Shown here piece by piece: positions 1-11,400 of a DNA stretch of 64,000 nucleotides; positions within the stretch are counted from its first letter, which is position 1; each line of letters starts with the position of its first letter. The stretch comes from an uncultured Planctomycetota bacterium (GTDB lineage: Bacteria > Planctomycetota > Planctomycetia > Isosphaerales > Isosphaeraceae), in the NCBI GenBank assembly GCA_963823665.1, contig CAWGMQ010000008.1, forward strand, positions 1,056,001 through 1,120,000, read 5' to 3'. Below the pieces are notes generated by a model that ran no database searches, was not told the origin of the DNA, and saw nothing but the letters and a program-made list of their open reading frames with translations. The position numbers and the translations under genes are program-made.

Positions 1-91
1 GTTTGTGATTGCCATCCCGTACCGCGGCCGAAAGGGGCAATAACGACTTTCCGTCGACTCGACGCGGGGGAAACGCCAGGCTGCCGTCTGG

Positions 92-1258
92 CTACTCGGT
101 TGATGCTCTCATGCTCGGAAACGAGGCGACCAGATTCGCTGGCCCACTGGAAGCAATGACTTGACCCTGCTCATCCTCGATCCAGACCGCCAGATAATCG
201 GAAATGTTCGCGAGCACATTCGAGAGCAACGGATCGGCCACACGGCGAAATTGCGCGGGGCTGAGTGGCTCCTCAATTCTCCGCAACAGCAACAGCCGAA
301 TTCCCGAGCTGCCGACTAGCCACAGTCTGAGGTCGGTCGCCAAATCACCCGCGGTCGAGTACCGGCTGTTCGGCTCCTTGGCCATCGCCTTGAGCGTGAT
401 CGTCTCGAGGTCGCGAGGAATCCGGTCATTCAGTTGACGCGGTGCTCTGGGCTCCTCGTTGATGACTTGGTGCAAAAGCATTCGCGTGTTGCCACGGAAA
501 GGTAACTCGCCAGTGAGCAACTGGTAAAGCACCACGCCCAAGCTATAGACATCGCTGCGGCGGTCCACCTCGTGAGATTCGCCTTCCGCCTGCTCGGGAG
601 ACATATATGCCGGCGTACCCAGGACCTGACCCTCAAGTGTCATCGTGATTTCGGCCGCGTCATGCTTCGCCAATCCAAAGTCCATGATCGATGGCGACCC
701 GTCATCCCGTAGCATGATGTTCGACGGCTTGATGTCGCGGTGAACGACGCCCTGTTGATGGGCGTGCTCTAGCGCGTCGGCTACCTTTGCTACGATCAGC
801 GCCGCCTCTCGAAACGTTAGGCTGCCGGCTGTCAAACGGTCTGCGAGCGTTACACCCTCGACCTATTCGCTAACGAGGTACGCAACCCCTTCGAACTCGC
901 CAACCTCATGCACTGGCACGATCGACGGGTGGCATAACTGCGCGGCACTGCGGGCCTCCCGAAGAAAACGTTCGAGGCCTTGGCGGTCTGGCAGATTTCC
1001 GGAGCGAGGAATCTTCAGCGCCACGATGCGATCGAGACTGGAATCTCGCGCTTTATAGACAGAACCGAACGCGCCGGTTCCAACTATCTGGATCAATTCA
1101 AACTTGGCGAAGTTTCGGACGGCGGATCCACTGCCTGTTTGTGTCGACTCTGTTGCGATCTGGAAGGTAGAGCCGCAAGTCGGGCACAATACGTCGTGCG
1201 GCGTCGGCAAAGACAGGAGCTCGATTTGGGTTCGGCAGTGTGGACAAAACACGTGCAC
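92..1258 (-). pseudogene. Hanks-type Ser/Thr protein kinase with N-terminal Zn-ribbon, interrupted by an in-frame TAG at 863-865
   Basis: ORFs 863..1258 and 92..835 share one frame and read ...YLVSE*VEGVTLADRL.... Motifs CPHC..CPTC, GTGAFG, VALK, HRDIKPSN, DFG, YMSPEQ and DVYSLG are all present. Confidence 0.85.
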
Positions 1259-1400
1259 CGCAATCCTCCTTCGCTATGCACCTGTCTCCATCGGCGCTCA
1301 ACGATGGACTTCCTTCAAGTTCGCTGTAACGACCCCGGCGACGCAGACCGTCTTGCCTGAAATATCTGACTTAGTATGGTCGTTGCTGACACGCGAATCC

Positions 1401-2006
1401 ATGCCCTCGGCCACTCATCGAAAGGATCAATCCCGGGAGGTTAAGCTGTTGCGAGCTCGTCGCCGCCGCCAAATCCACGTCGACCATCTGATTCGAACCA
1501 ACTGGAAATCGGGTGATTCCGGTTTCGAGTTGCCTTGTAACTGGAGTACTGCCTACTTGTTGAGTAGAACAGGTAGATCAATGCATTTTTGGTCGCCCGG
1601 CGTCCACTTACTTGATCGAGGTTTGTTTGATGCGACGGCATGGTTCCACTAGCTGGAAAACACCGGATTGCTTGACAAAGAACAGAGGGAGCTCTGGAGT
1701 AGTTACTTGCGATCGCCGAAGTGGTCCTCTTTTCTAAAACAAGTTTTCTTTTTCACCTGTACGTATGAAATATCGCTGAATCGCGAGCTGTCTGAGAAAT
1801 TGAGCAGTAAACCGGGGATGGTCTTGCGGAAGGATGTTCTAACTTCACTCGGCGAGGCGTATGCGACGGCAATCGATTGTTACGGAGCAGATTTTGAGGT
1901 CAACTCGTTGCAGACGGACTCGCCCCGGCAGCAAGCAGTTGCCTGCACAGTCGCCGAAGCGATATTCAACGCGGTCGATCGTGCCGCAAGGAATAACGGA
2001 GAATGA
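1401..2006 (+). pseudogene. Probable degraded thymidylate/nucleoside-kinase-like protein with an in-frame TAG at 1650-1652
   Basis: ORF 1104..1652 continues in frame into 1668..2006 (AWFH*LENTGLLDK). LLDRGLFD and VFFF..YEISLNRE resemble the dTMP-kinase-like DR motif and lid. No intact Walker A was seen. Confidence 0.4.
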
Positions 2007-2344
2007 GTAGCATGGCCGATGAGGTGATGGTCGTCGAGTCACCTAACTTTCCTTGCTTCCGCGAGAGCGAGGATCCGCTGTCCGTTCTACGAGCGGTGTA
2101 CCGCGACTTCTCTTTCAAGAGAGAAGAAGAGATCGAGCACGAGCCGCAGGCACGGATTGTCGCTGTGAGCGATGATCAGCGTACGGATCCTGAACCGGTC
2201 TCACGTCGAGACTACTTCAAGAACACGTTGGATCCCGTCAAGGCAAAGATTCGTGAGAAGAATGACCGGCCGATCCAACTGATGAAGGTGGTGCAGACGG
2301 AAAAGTACCTCGTGTTCGTTTTCAAGACAAAGACGCCGTTGTAA
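2003..2344 (+). CDS. Hypothetical protein (113 aa)
   Basis: ATGA overlap with the upstream ORF, plausible codon usage, and located just upstream of a HigA-like gene. Confidence 0.6.
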   Translation: MSSMADEVMVVESPNFPCFRESEDPLSVLRAVYRDFSFKREEEIEHEPQARIVAVSDDQRTDPEPVSRRDYFKNTLDPVKAKIREKNDRPIQLMKVVQTEKYLVFVFKTKTPL

Positions 2345-2418
2345 CGACCTCCGACGATCCGGAGCGTGCTTTCGAGCTGGTGACACCTGATTGGGATTCG
2401 CAACTCAGGGCGCACACG

Positions 2419-2760
2419 ATGACCACAAATCCGACTCCTATTCGATTCGCAGTTCCACCGGGCTACTTCATCCGTGAGGATCTGGAGGCGCGGGGATGGT
2501 CGCAGGAAACATTGGCCGCCAAGATGGCGCGGCCCTGTCAAGCGGTGAACGCGATTATTAATGGGCACAAGATCATCACGGCCGACACCGCCATCGAGGT
2601 GGGCGATGCCTTCGGCACTTCGGCGATGTACTGGATGAACCTGCAGACCGCCTATCAGCTCTACAAGGCGAGCCAAAAGAAAAAGATCGTCGCGAGCAAC
2701 AAGAAATTAATCGGTCGCAAGGCGCCACTTGGCGGGAAATCCAGACGGAAAGCCGATCCG
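2419..2760 (+). CDS. higA: HigA/VapI-family addiction-module antitoxin (Xre HTH); 3' end uncertain
   Basis: PPGYFIREDLEARGWSQETLAAKM...INGHKIITADTAIEVGDAFGTSAMYWMNLQTAYQL is the typical HigA pattern. The ORF runs on to 3390 through repeats and into the antisense peptidase, so the true stop is probably lost. Confidence 0.75.
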
Positions 2761-2878
2761 GTTGGGTACGGAAACCGGGCGAGACGGGCGGAGCGAGGAT
2801 TACCGTCTGCTACAGGTAGGCACGCCTGGTTGTGCGACGAGCGCGCGGCACACGAATGCACCCGCGAGAAGGGACGCA

Positions 2879-2947
2879 CTTTCGCGGAGCGAAAGGCGAC
2901 GATTCGCGCTCGCCAGGGGCGGACGGCACACGGAGTGTGCCTGCTAC
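2879..2947. repeat. Two REP-like hairpins with GGA loops
   Basis: CTTTCGC-GGA-GCGAAAG at 2879-2895, and GGCACAC-GGA-GTGTGCC-TGCTAC at 2925-2947, whose reverse complement starts with GTAG. They lie between convergent genes. Confidence 0.6.
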
Positions 2948-2976
2948 AAGTGGGCGCGGTCGCGGCTCGGAACGAC

Positions 2977-4164
2977 TCAAAGCACGCCCGACTTGCGCCC
3001 GCCCGATTCGTGTTTCTTGCTGGGTTCCTTTCCCTCCAGCTCGTGCTCGAGGCGACCAATGGCCGCCTGCGCTTCGTCAAGTTGCCGGGGATCGGCCTTC
3101 ATGGGATCTTTCTGCCGTTCTCGAAGATCAGCCGCGATGGGCCTCAGGGCCGCGAGGTGCGCGGTGGAAAGGGCACGGTCGGCCGCGACCGGGATGTCGG
3201 GGGTGACTCCGGTTCCCTCCCAGTTCGTCTTGGTGATCGGATTGATCGCGCGGCTGGCTGGAACGAACATGGCGAAATGGTCGTGGAGCCGGCGCATTCC
3301 GCCGGGATGGGCGCCGCCGCCGGTCGTTTCGCCCACGATCGTCGCCCGCTTCAGTGCCTTGAGGTTGTAGGCGAATTCTTCGGCTGCTGAGAACGTGTGC
3401 TTGCTGGTGAGGATGTAAACCGGCTTCCCCTCGTAGCGCTTCCCGGGTAGGTAGGAAATGGTCCACCACTGATGGGTGCGATCCTCGCGACGGAGGTACG
3501 TGTCGTTCAAGTGCACGGGCTCGGGGCCGAAGAGATAAGAGCAGAGAAGGGCCACCATCGTGGGTCCGCCGCCGCCGTTCTGGCGCAGGTCGATGATCAG
3601 TGCATCGGTGTTGGCCAGGAAGTTCATTGCGGCCGCGGCCGTCTCGCCGCCAATCTCGGCGGGCGCGAACATCCTCAGGTCGAGATAGCCGACGTTCCCT
3701 TCAAGGCGATCGACCTTCTCGAAGCCGAAATTCGAGGTGCGCCTGTGCTCGCGCATCCGCTCGCGCATCTCGTTCAGCTTTGCGGCGTCGGGGGGCGCAT
3801 CGGTTGGCTTGGGCAATTCGGGAAAGGGCTCGAGCGAGTAGAAGACGCGGAGATGCTTGTCCTTGCTGACGGCCTGCAATTGATCGGTCAACAGCCCGGC
3901 CAGCTTCTTGGCGCTTTTGATATCGTCGTATTCGTTCTTGCTAAGCCGATTGCGGAGATCGGTTTCGATCCTCGCGGCGGTTTCCGAGAAGACATAGACT
4001 GCCTTCAGTTCTTTGATGATTCCCTCAACCACCGCCTCCCTGGACTTCGAGTCGATGCTCATGTCGGCCTGGTCGTCGCGGATCACCCCTCCATGCCGCT
4101 GCATGGCTGCGGAAACGAGCAGTGTGGTGCTCATTGCGAGCGCGACAGTCATTCGGATCATCAT
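2977..4164 (-). CDS. S41 family peptidase (IRBP/tail-specific protease-like), secreted
   Basis: Hydrophobic N-terminus, DKHLRV, GNVGYLDL, LIIDLRQNGGG, TFSAAEEFAY, VGETTGGGAHP and NWEGTGVTPDI motifs. Confidence 0.9.
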   Translation of the reverse strand: MMIRMTVALAMSTTLLVSAAMQRHGGVIRDDQADMSIDSKSREAVVEGIIKELKAVYVFSETAARIETDLRNRLSKNEYDDIKSAKKLAGLLTDQLQAVSKDKHLRVFYSLEPFPELPKPTDAPPDAAKLNEMRERMREHRRTSNFGFEKVDRLEGNVGYLDLRMFAPAEIGGETAAAAMNFLANTDALIIDLRQNGGGGPTMVALLCSYLFGPEPVHLNDTYLRREDRTHQWWTISYLPGKRYEGKPVYILTSKHTFSAAEEFAYNLKALKRATIVGETTGGGAHPGGMRRLHDHFAMFVPASRAINPITKTNWEGTGVTPDIPVAADRALSTAHLAALRPIAADLRERQKDPMKADPRQLDEAQAAIGRLEHELEGKEPSKKHESGGRKSGVL

Positions 4165-4247
4165 CGAAATCTCCTTCGGTGCAATTGATTCACAAGAATC
4201 GAATGGAAAACGGAATGGATCGGGGCGATGCGGTCAACAGGAGTTTT

Positions 4248-4898
4248 TCAGCGCGGCGCCGCGGCACGTCGTCGCGGCGTCTTCTTTTTCGGTCGAGACA
4301 TCGCGCGCGGATCGCGCGGGCGAAGGCCCTTGAGCAGGAGATCGGCGATGCGCGCCACGCTGGCCTCGACCGCCGACCGCTCACCCAGCTCGCGGGCGCT
4401 CAAGCTCGACGGCAAGAGCGCATTGGTGGCCAGCAGAAGGGTCCTGGCCGTCGCAGCCGCATCGTCGAGCGCGAACGCGCCTGAAGCGCGGCCGGCGGAA
4501 AGGACGGCGGCGAACATGTCGGCTTCCTGCTCAAAGTAGCCGGACCGCCGCGCCATGTAGGCCGCGCGGAGCGAACGAAAGATCTCGTCGATGCTGTGGT
4601 AATAGTCGCGCACACTGTCGAAGCGGAACAACACGCGCTCTAGCAGCATCCGCCTGAGACGCTCGTCCCAGGAGATGTCGGACGCCATGATCTCTTTCAG
4701 CCGGGTCTTCAAGCGATCGACAACCCGGTCGATCCTCGCGAGCGCAACCTCCTCCTTGCTGGGGAAGTGCAGGTAGATCGTGCGCCGGCCGATGCCCGCT
4801 TCCCGCGCGATGTCGTCCATCGTCATCTTCTGATAGCCAAGCCGGCCCATCAGCCGCTCAGCGGCGTCGAGGATCTGATCACGCGTTCCTTCGCCCAT
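4248..4898 (-). CDS. TetR/AcrR family transcriptional regulator
   Basis: ILDAAERLMGRLGYQKMTMDDIAREAGIGRRTIYLHFPSKEE is a TetR HTH. Confidence 0.92.
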   Translation of the reverse strand: MGEGTRDQILDAAERLMGRLGYQKMTMDDIAREAGIGRRTIYLHFPSKEEVALARIDRVVDRLKTRLKEIMASDISWDERLRRMLLERVLFRFDSVRDYYHSIDEIFRSLRAAYMARRSGYFEQEADMFAAVLSAGRASGAFALDDAAATARTLLLATNALLPSSLSARELGERSAVEASVARIADLLLKGLRPRDPRAMSRPKKKTPRRRAAAPR

Positions 4899-4922
4899 GG
4901 GGTGGCTCTCCGCGGCGCGGTT

Positions 4923-4963
4923 TGCACAACTGCACTATATCAGGCTCTGTGTGCATATTACAA
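4923..4963 (-). promoter_or_regulatory. Putative sigma70-type promoter of tetR overlapped by an inverted repeat (possible TetR operator)
   Basis: Minus strand reads TTGTAA-18nt-TATAGT with an extended TGn. Inverted repeat TGCAC(4931-4935)-N15-GTGCA(4951-4955). Confidence 0.45.
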
Positions 4964-5171
4964 GTGTGATCCGTCGTCGTCAACGGACGGGTGCGGGAAG
5001 CGCCGCCGCGCGTTGGAACGGTGTGGTCGGGTAGAGCGGAATTGATTCACGGCGAGCGCACAGCTGACAAGTGAGCTCTGGGTATGCGCGAGGGCGTGCG
5101 AGGCGAAATGATGGTCCGCCTGAGTCTGCGCGATCGTATCGCAGAACGCGGTGACCAGGCTTGCCCTGGAA

Positions 5172-7074
5172 CTAGAACTCAATAACTACGTGTGGTGTCC
5201 CCGGAACCAAGCTCTCCGCCGGCGCCGGTTCTTCCTTCCAGGGCCGGCCGGCCAGGCGGTCGAAGTTGGCGATGCTGTAGAGCCAGATCCAGCGGCCCCA
5301 GAGTGCGGGCAGCGCGATCCCGATCAGGCAGGCCAGAGCGACCCAGAGCAATCCTTCTCCGGTGTTGAGCTTGAACCAGTGCAGGGGGTGGTAGACCGGG
5401 TCATGCGGGGCGCCGCGCAGCTCACGATACGAGGCCAGCGAGAGCCAGGCCAGAAACGGTGTTGAGCCCGCGCCCCACACGACGGACTTGAGCCCGGCCG
5501 GTAGCAGAAACGGTAGGGCCGTCGATACCACGGGGAGGAAGAACGTGCTCATGGTGACATTGGCCGATACTCTCAGATCCTTGGCCCGGAGCGCTGCCAG
5601 CATTCCCGACACCAGGAACAACCAGGTCCAGCTTGCCGTGACCAGCACCGTCGCCAGGTAACCCAGTGGATGGATCGCCCCCGAGAGCAAGCCCAGGGTC
5701 CACAAGACGAGTACGATCGTGCCTGTCCCGCGGAGGCGCCAGACGCAGGATCGCAGCTTCCCGCGCAGGATGTCGCGTGCGGAAAGAGGTGTGGCGATCA
5801 AGCTGGACCAGGTCTCTTTCGCCCGCTCACTCTTGATCGCCTCGACGGCGAGGCCTGCGGTGCCAATTGTCAAAATGAACACGAATGGAACCGTCAGGTA
5901 TCGCAGGAAGAGGTTGAAGTCGATTCGGGCCGAGTCGCGCGGAGCGTTCACGCCTGGATTGTCGTAGAACAATCGTTCGATGATGTTGAACTCGGGCTGG
6001 AGCACGGCGGTAGGCCCGGCGCTATATCCGTGATGCCAGAGCTCGACGAAGGCGCGCCGGCCGTAATAGAAAGTGAAATACGCCAGTGTGGCGACCACTA
6101 CGCCGGCAATGCACATACCAGCAAGCTGTCCAAGAAGGTTTCCACGTGTGGTGTGTCTTTCTCTCCAGAATATGGGGTCGTCGCCGACGGAAGGCCTTGG
6201 CCGGAACCGCCACACCGGCAGTGTGAGTCGTCCGGCGAGGCCGTGCCCGTCACCACCGACGCTGACTCGAAACGCACTGCGGAGCCGAGCGATCGCCGCC
6301 AGCATCAACACGACGCCGGCGGCGACCTGAAGGGCGCTCATCCAGCCGATCGTGTGGTAGAGAGCGGCGGGTCTGAAGCCGCCGCGGATGAACATAGGCA
6401 GCAAGGTCAGGGGATTGCTCGCCAGAACCCAAGCGTTCCCCGTCAGGACGAAACCCGGCGGCCTGAGACCGATCCGCGACAAGATCGGCGTCAGCCCCAC
6501 AAGGACCGGTATGACGAACCAGGCGATCAGCCACAGCATCGTGGCGGTGACTGCCCGTCGACCGTCTGGCGCGGCGGTCGAGACCCAGATCGCGATTGCC
6601 ACCACCAGGAACGCCGTCGAACAGAGACCGCCGTAAGCGAGGAGGATCAGCGTGGGATGCACCCCGCCCAGAACGTTCAGGAGCACCACCACCGGGAGCC
6701 CCGCCGCGAGTGACCCGACAAACCCCGCCCCGCATGCGGCCAACTTACCCAGAATGATCTCGGCGTTGCTCAGTCTCGTGGCGAGGAGAAAGCCCAGGGT
6801 CTTGCGATCCAGCTCGGCCGCGATCGAGAGGGCGCCCAGGACCATGATGGCAAGGAGCGATATCAAATGAGCGCCGAAAACAAGGATGAACGTCCTCGCA
6901 GCAATCTGCGACATCGCATCGTGCCCGATGATCCGCGCCAGTGTAGTACGAGACGGCGAAGTTGCCGACCACGATGGCGAGCAGGATCGCCGCGAACGAC
7001 GCCCGCTCTTGCTGCAACTGCCCACGTCGCGCGGCGGTTTTCAACTCGCGACTGAGAATCGGAATGATGGTCAA
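5172..7074 (-). CDS. ABC-2-type permease-like membrane protein (frameshift near 6940)
   Basis: N-terminus IPILSRELKTAARR is in one frame and the rest is in ORF 5172..7025. Repeated E..K.T...L.AT.LS...I..GKL motif and many TM segments. Confidence 0.8.
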
Positions 7075-7294
7075 GGCAATTTCCCGCTGAGAAGGCTCGC
7101 CGCGTGGTCTGGCGGGGTCAGGATTCTTCGATCCTAGCACAACTGTAAGATAGTTGCCAGGTGCCGGTCTCTCGCACCGCCCCCTCACAGTTCTGGAAGT
7201 GCCCATAACTGCTTCCCCGCCAACTCATCTATCTGAAACGGTAGTCGATGAGCTCCGAGAACTGGCTCAGCGAATGCTGGCCTGTCCCGACGTC

Positions 7295-8234
7295 TCATTG
7301 CCACTGTTCCTTCTGGCCTTGGGAGAACAAGCTTGTGGTTATGTGCCGTTCCCCGGTGTCGGCCAGGATCACGACGATCGTCTTCCCGGCGGATTCCTTC
7401 CGGGCGGCCACGGCGAGGGAGGCGTGGACCGCCGCGCCTGAGGAAGCCCCGGCGATGATTCCTTCTTCACGGGCGAGCCGTGCGCGGAGGCAAACGCGTC
7501 GTCATCAGTCACGGCGACCACCTCGTCGAGAATCGAGCGGTTCAAGACGTCGGGGACAAAACCAACACCGATGCCGGGAATCTGATGATTTCCCGCTGGT
7601 CCGCCGGAAAGCACAGCGGCACCCGCGGGCTCAACGGCGATGATGCGCACACCCGGCTTCCGTTGCTTCAGAACCTCGCCCACACCCGTGATTGTACCGC
7701 CTGTGCCGACGGCCGAAACGAAACAATCGACTGCGCCTTGCGTGTCTTCCCAGATCTCGATGGCCGTCGTTCGCCTGTGGATCTGCGGGTTGGCCGGATT
7801 CTTGAACTGGTCGAGGATGATGGAGCCTGGGATTTCCTTCGCGATCTGCTGCGCACGCGCAACGGCGTCGTTCATGAGGATCCCAGGGGTGAGCACGACT
7901 CTCGCTCCGAGCTGCTTGAGCAGCGCGACTCTCTCTATCGACATGGTTTCCGGCATCGTCAAGATGAGCCGGTAGTCTCGAATCGCCGCAACGAAAGCCA
8001 GGCCGATGCCGGTATTCCCACCCGTGGCCTCGACGATCGTCATCCCAGGCTTCAACAGGCCTCGCGATTCGGCATCTTCGATCAGTGCGACGCCGAGGCG
8101 ATCTTTTACACTTCCGCATGGGTTGCGCATTTCTAATTTTGCGAAGATGCGACCGGGGAGGTTCCTCGCCAGTCGCGCGAGCTCGACCAGGGGCGTCTTG
8201 CCTACAGTGGGGATGAGGTTGGGGGTAGGGCATG
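7295..8234 (-). CDS. cysK: Cysteine synthase A (frameshifts near 8222 and 7490)
   Basis: [21 protein letters not shown] (PLP Lys), [17 protein letters not shown] and HQIPGIG. The C-terminus [15 protein letters not shown]...LADTGER is in a shifted frame. Confidence 0.9.
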
Positions 8235-8497
8235 GGAGGTGCTTTTCGATCGACGGGGCAGCGGAGGTGCAGGAATAGGAGTCCGAGAATTGACTTGCAA
8301 GCGACCGCGTGCTTGCGGTGCGCTGGACCAATCATGGATCGGCGTTTGGACTCTCCAAAGTTGCGTCGGCTTGCCTGCGATTGTACCGCTTTTACAATCG
8401 GTTCGCAGTCGCTATCTCGGCAACCGGCGCCCGATTTGCCGGCTGATCGCTTATGATCTCTGAGGGTCGACGCGATCTATCCTCGGAGGGAGCTGCC

Positions 8498-11400
8498 ATG
8501 GCCGACGCCAGCCTCTGCCCCGAGTGTGGCTGTGAACTGCCGCCGAATTCGCCGGACGGTCCCTGCGCACGCTGCTTGCTCGAGCGGCGGGCGGACAGTG
8601 ACGCTTCGAGACTCGAGCTGGGTGGTACCACTACGGTCACGACACCTTCCCGCTCGGTTGGCGCGAGCGTCTTGGCGAGCCTGGTCGCGAGCGTCGGGGC
8701 GGTCCCACACATCCTGCTGCGCGACTTCGACGCGGCGATGGCAAGAGCGGGTCGCGAGCCCCGGCGCCCCGGAGGTGCCCGCGATCACCGGCGCGGCCGG
8801 CCGGCTCCAGCTTCTCGGCGAGATCGCCCGCGGCGGCATGGGCGCCATCCTCAAGGGCCGGGACGACGACATCGGCCGCGAGCTTGCGGTGAAAGTGTTG
8901 CTCGAGCAGCACCGCGACGACCCCGAGCTGATCCGGCGCTTCATCGAGGAGGCCCAGATTGCCGGCCAGTTGCAGCATCCGGGCGTCGTGCCCGTTTTGG
9001 ACGAGCGAGCCGACGTCTTCGCGCTGGGCTCGATCCTCTGCGAGATTCTCACAGGCAAGCCTGCGTTCCACGGCCGCGGCACGAGCGAGACCCACCGGAA
9101 AGCGGCGCGAGGCGAGCTGGGCGAGGCCTTCACCCGGCTGGATGCCTGCACTGCCGACGCCGAGCTTCGTCACCTGGCGCGCACCTGCGTGGCGCCCGAG
9201 CGAGAGGACCGGCCGCGCGATGCCGGCGGCCTGGCCGACCGTTTGTCCTCTTACATCGCCCGCGTGCAGGAGCGGCTGCGTGCCGCCGAGCTGGCCCGCT
9301 CCGCCGAATCGGTCCGCGCAGAAGAGGGGCAAGCCCGCGCCGCGGTCGAGCGGTCTCGCCGGCGCCGCACGGTCGCCTTGGCGGCCTCATTGCTTGCGAT
9401 CTTGACCATGGGTGGATTGACGTTCACGTACATCGCGCACGAGCGCCAGTCCCGCGCCGCGGCCGCTCTGCGGCTGCTGGGCCGGGCCGCAACCCTGCTC
9501 GACCAGGCGCACGCTATGCCTGAGGAAACGGCTCGCTGGCGCACCGCCTGGGCGGCCGTGCAGCAGGTTGAGGACAACGCCGCCGGCATGGCTAAGGAGA
9601 CCCGCGACCGCTTTGCGCTTCTCAAGGCAGACGCGGCGGCGGGCCTGCGCGAGGCCGAGCGCGACGAGGCGCTGCGGCAGGCGCTGGTCGACATCCGCGC
9701 CAACCAGCAGGATGCCGGCCCCGAAGCGACGGACGCGAGCTACGCGGCCGCGTTCCGCAGCGCGCTTCTGGACATCGATGCCCTGGACGTGACGGAAGCC
9801 GCCGATCGTCTGACGCGGCGACCGGCGGCCGTGGTCGCCGAGCTGGCCGCGTACCTCGATCACTGGTCGGACGCGCGACGCGCGGCTGGGCGACCGGTAG
9901 CGGCGTGGCGGAGGCCACTCGAGGTGGCCCGCGCCGCCGACGCCGACGTCTTCCGCGAGCGGGTGCGAGCCCTGCTTGCTCACGACGACCGCAAGGCCCA
10001 GGCTGCGCAGCTCGTGGCGATGAGCAACGAACCCCTGGCGGGCAAGCTACCCGCCTCGACGGCGGTGCTGCTGGGTGTTGCGCTCGAGGCCGCGGGCGAT
10101 CGGGAGGCGGGAGTCGGACTGCTCCGCCGGGCCGCAGCGCGGCATCCGGGCGACGTCTGGGTCAATTTCGCCCTGGCCAGAGCGCTGGGGCGGCTCAAGC
10201 CGGCGCGGCGCGAGGAGCAGGTGCGGTATTACACGGCGGCGCGCGCCTTGCGGCCGGAGACAGCGCACGATCTGGCCCACTTGCTCGAGGCGATGGGCCG
10301 AAGCGCCGAGGCCGAGGATATCTTTCGCGACCTGGTCGAGCGCCGGCCGGGCATCGCGTGGCATCTGGCCTGTCTCGGCAAGTGCCTGAAGAACAATGGC
10401 CGGGCCGACGAGGCGAAGCAGGTCCTGGACCGCGCAGTCACGACGGCCCGCGCGACGCTCGAGCTGAACTCCGACGATCTCATCGCCCGGAACTTGCTTG
10501 GCATCGCCCTCATGGCCCAGGGCAAGGCGGCTCTTGCCGAGGCTGCGTATCGGGCCGTGGTGGAGAAGAAGCCTGAGCTATTCGTCGCTCACTCGAACCT
10601 CGGCGCGGCTTTGTCGGCTCAGGGCAAGTGGGCTCAAGCCGAAGCCGAATTTCGTGCGGCGATCAAGATCCAGCCGGCCTTTCCCGAGGCGCACTTCAAT
10701 CTTGGCGCCGCGCTCTGGGCCCAGGGAAAGCCGGCGGAGACCGAGGCCGAATATCGCGCGGCGCTCGCGCTTCAGCCTGACTACCCCGATGCTCACAACA
10801 ATCTTGGCACGATCCTGTGGCACCAGGGCAAGCCGGCGGAAGCCGAGGCTGAATTTCGCAAGGCGCTCGAGTTCACCCCCAACAATGCCGAGATCCACTA
10901 CAACCTCGGCCTTGCCCTGCGGGCTCAGGGTAAGCCGGCGGAAGCCGAGGCTGAATTTCGACTGGTGCTGAAGCTCAAGCCCGACCACGCGAGCGCTCAC
11001 AACGAGCTCGGCACCGCTCTGGTGGGCCAGGGCAAGCCAGCGGAGGCCGAGGCTGAATGTCGCGCGGCGATCAGGATCCAGCCCGATCACGTCAGAGCAC
11101 ACTACCACCTCGGCAACGTCCTTTGGACCGAGGGGAAGCTAGCGGAGGCCGAGGCCGAGCTTCGCGCGGCGCTCGATCCCGGAAATGCCGAGGCCCACTG
11201 CAACCGCGGGCTGGTGCTGGGCCGGATGGGGCGGTATGCCGAAGCGCTCGAGGAAGTGCGCCGCGGGCATGAGCTGGGCTCGCGGCGGCCCGGCTGGAAT
11301 CATCCGTCGGCGCAGTGGGTCGGCGACGCGGAGCGGCTGGTAGCGCTGGAAGCGCGTGTGCCTGCCGTCCTCAAGGGCGATGACCGCCCCGCCAGCCCCG

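Noticed and set aside
2760..3390. 336-aa extended HigA fusion (e.g. HigA-ImmA peptidase)
   Set aside because: The extension translates REP repeats and the antisense strand of the S41 peptidase, and it has no HExxH motif.
4932..4938. Fourth GCACTAT copy
   Set aside because: It lies on the strand opposite tetR with no downstream co-oriented gene, and coincides with the reverse complement of the tetR -10.
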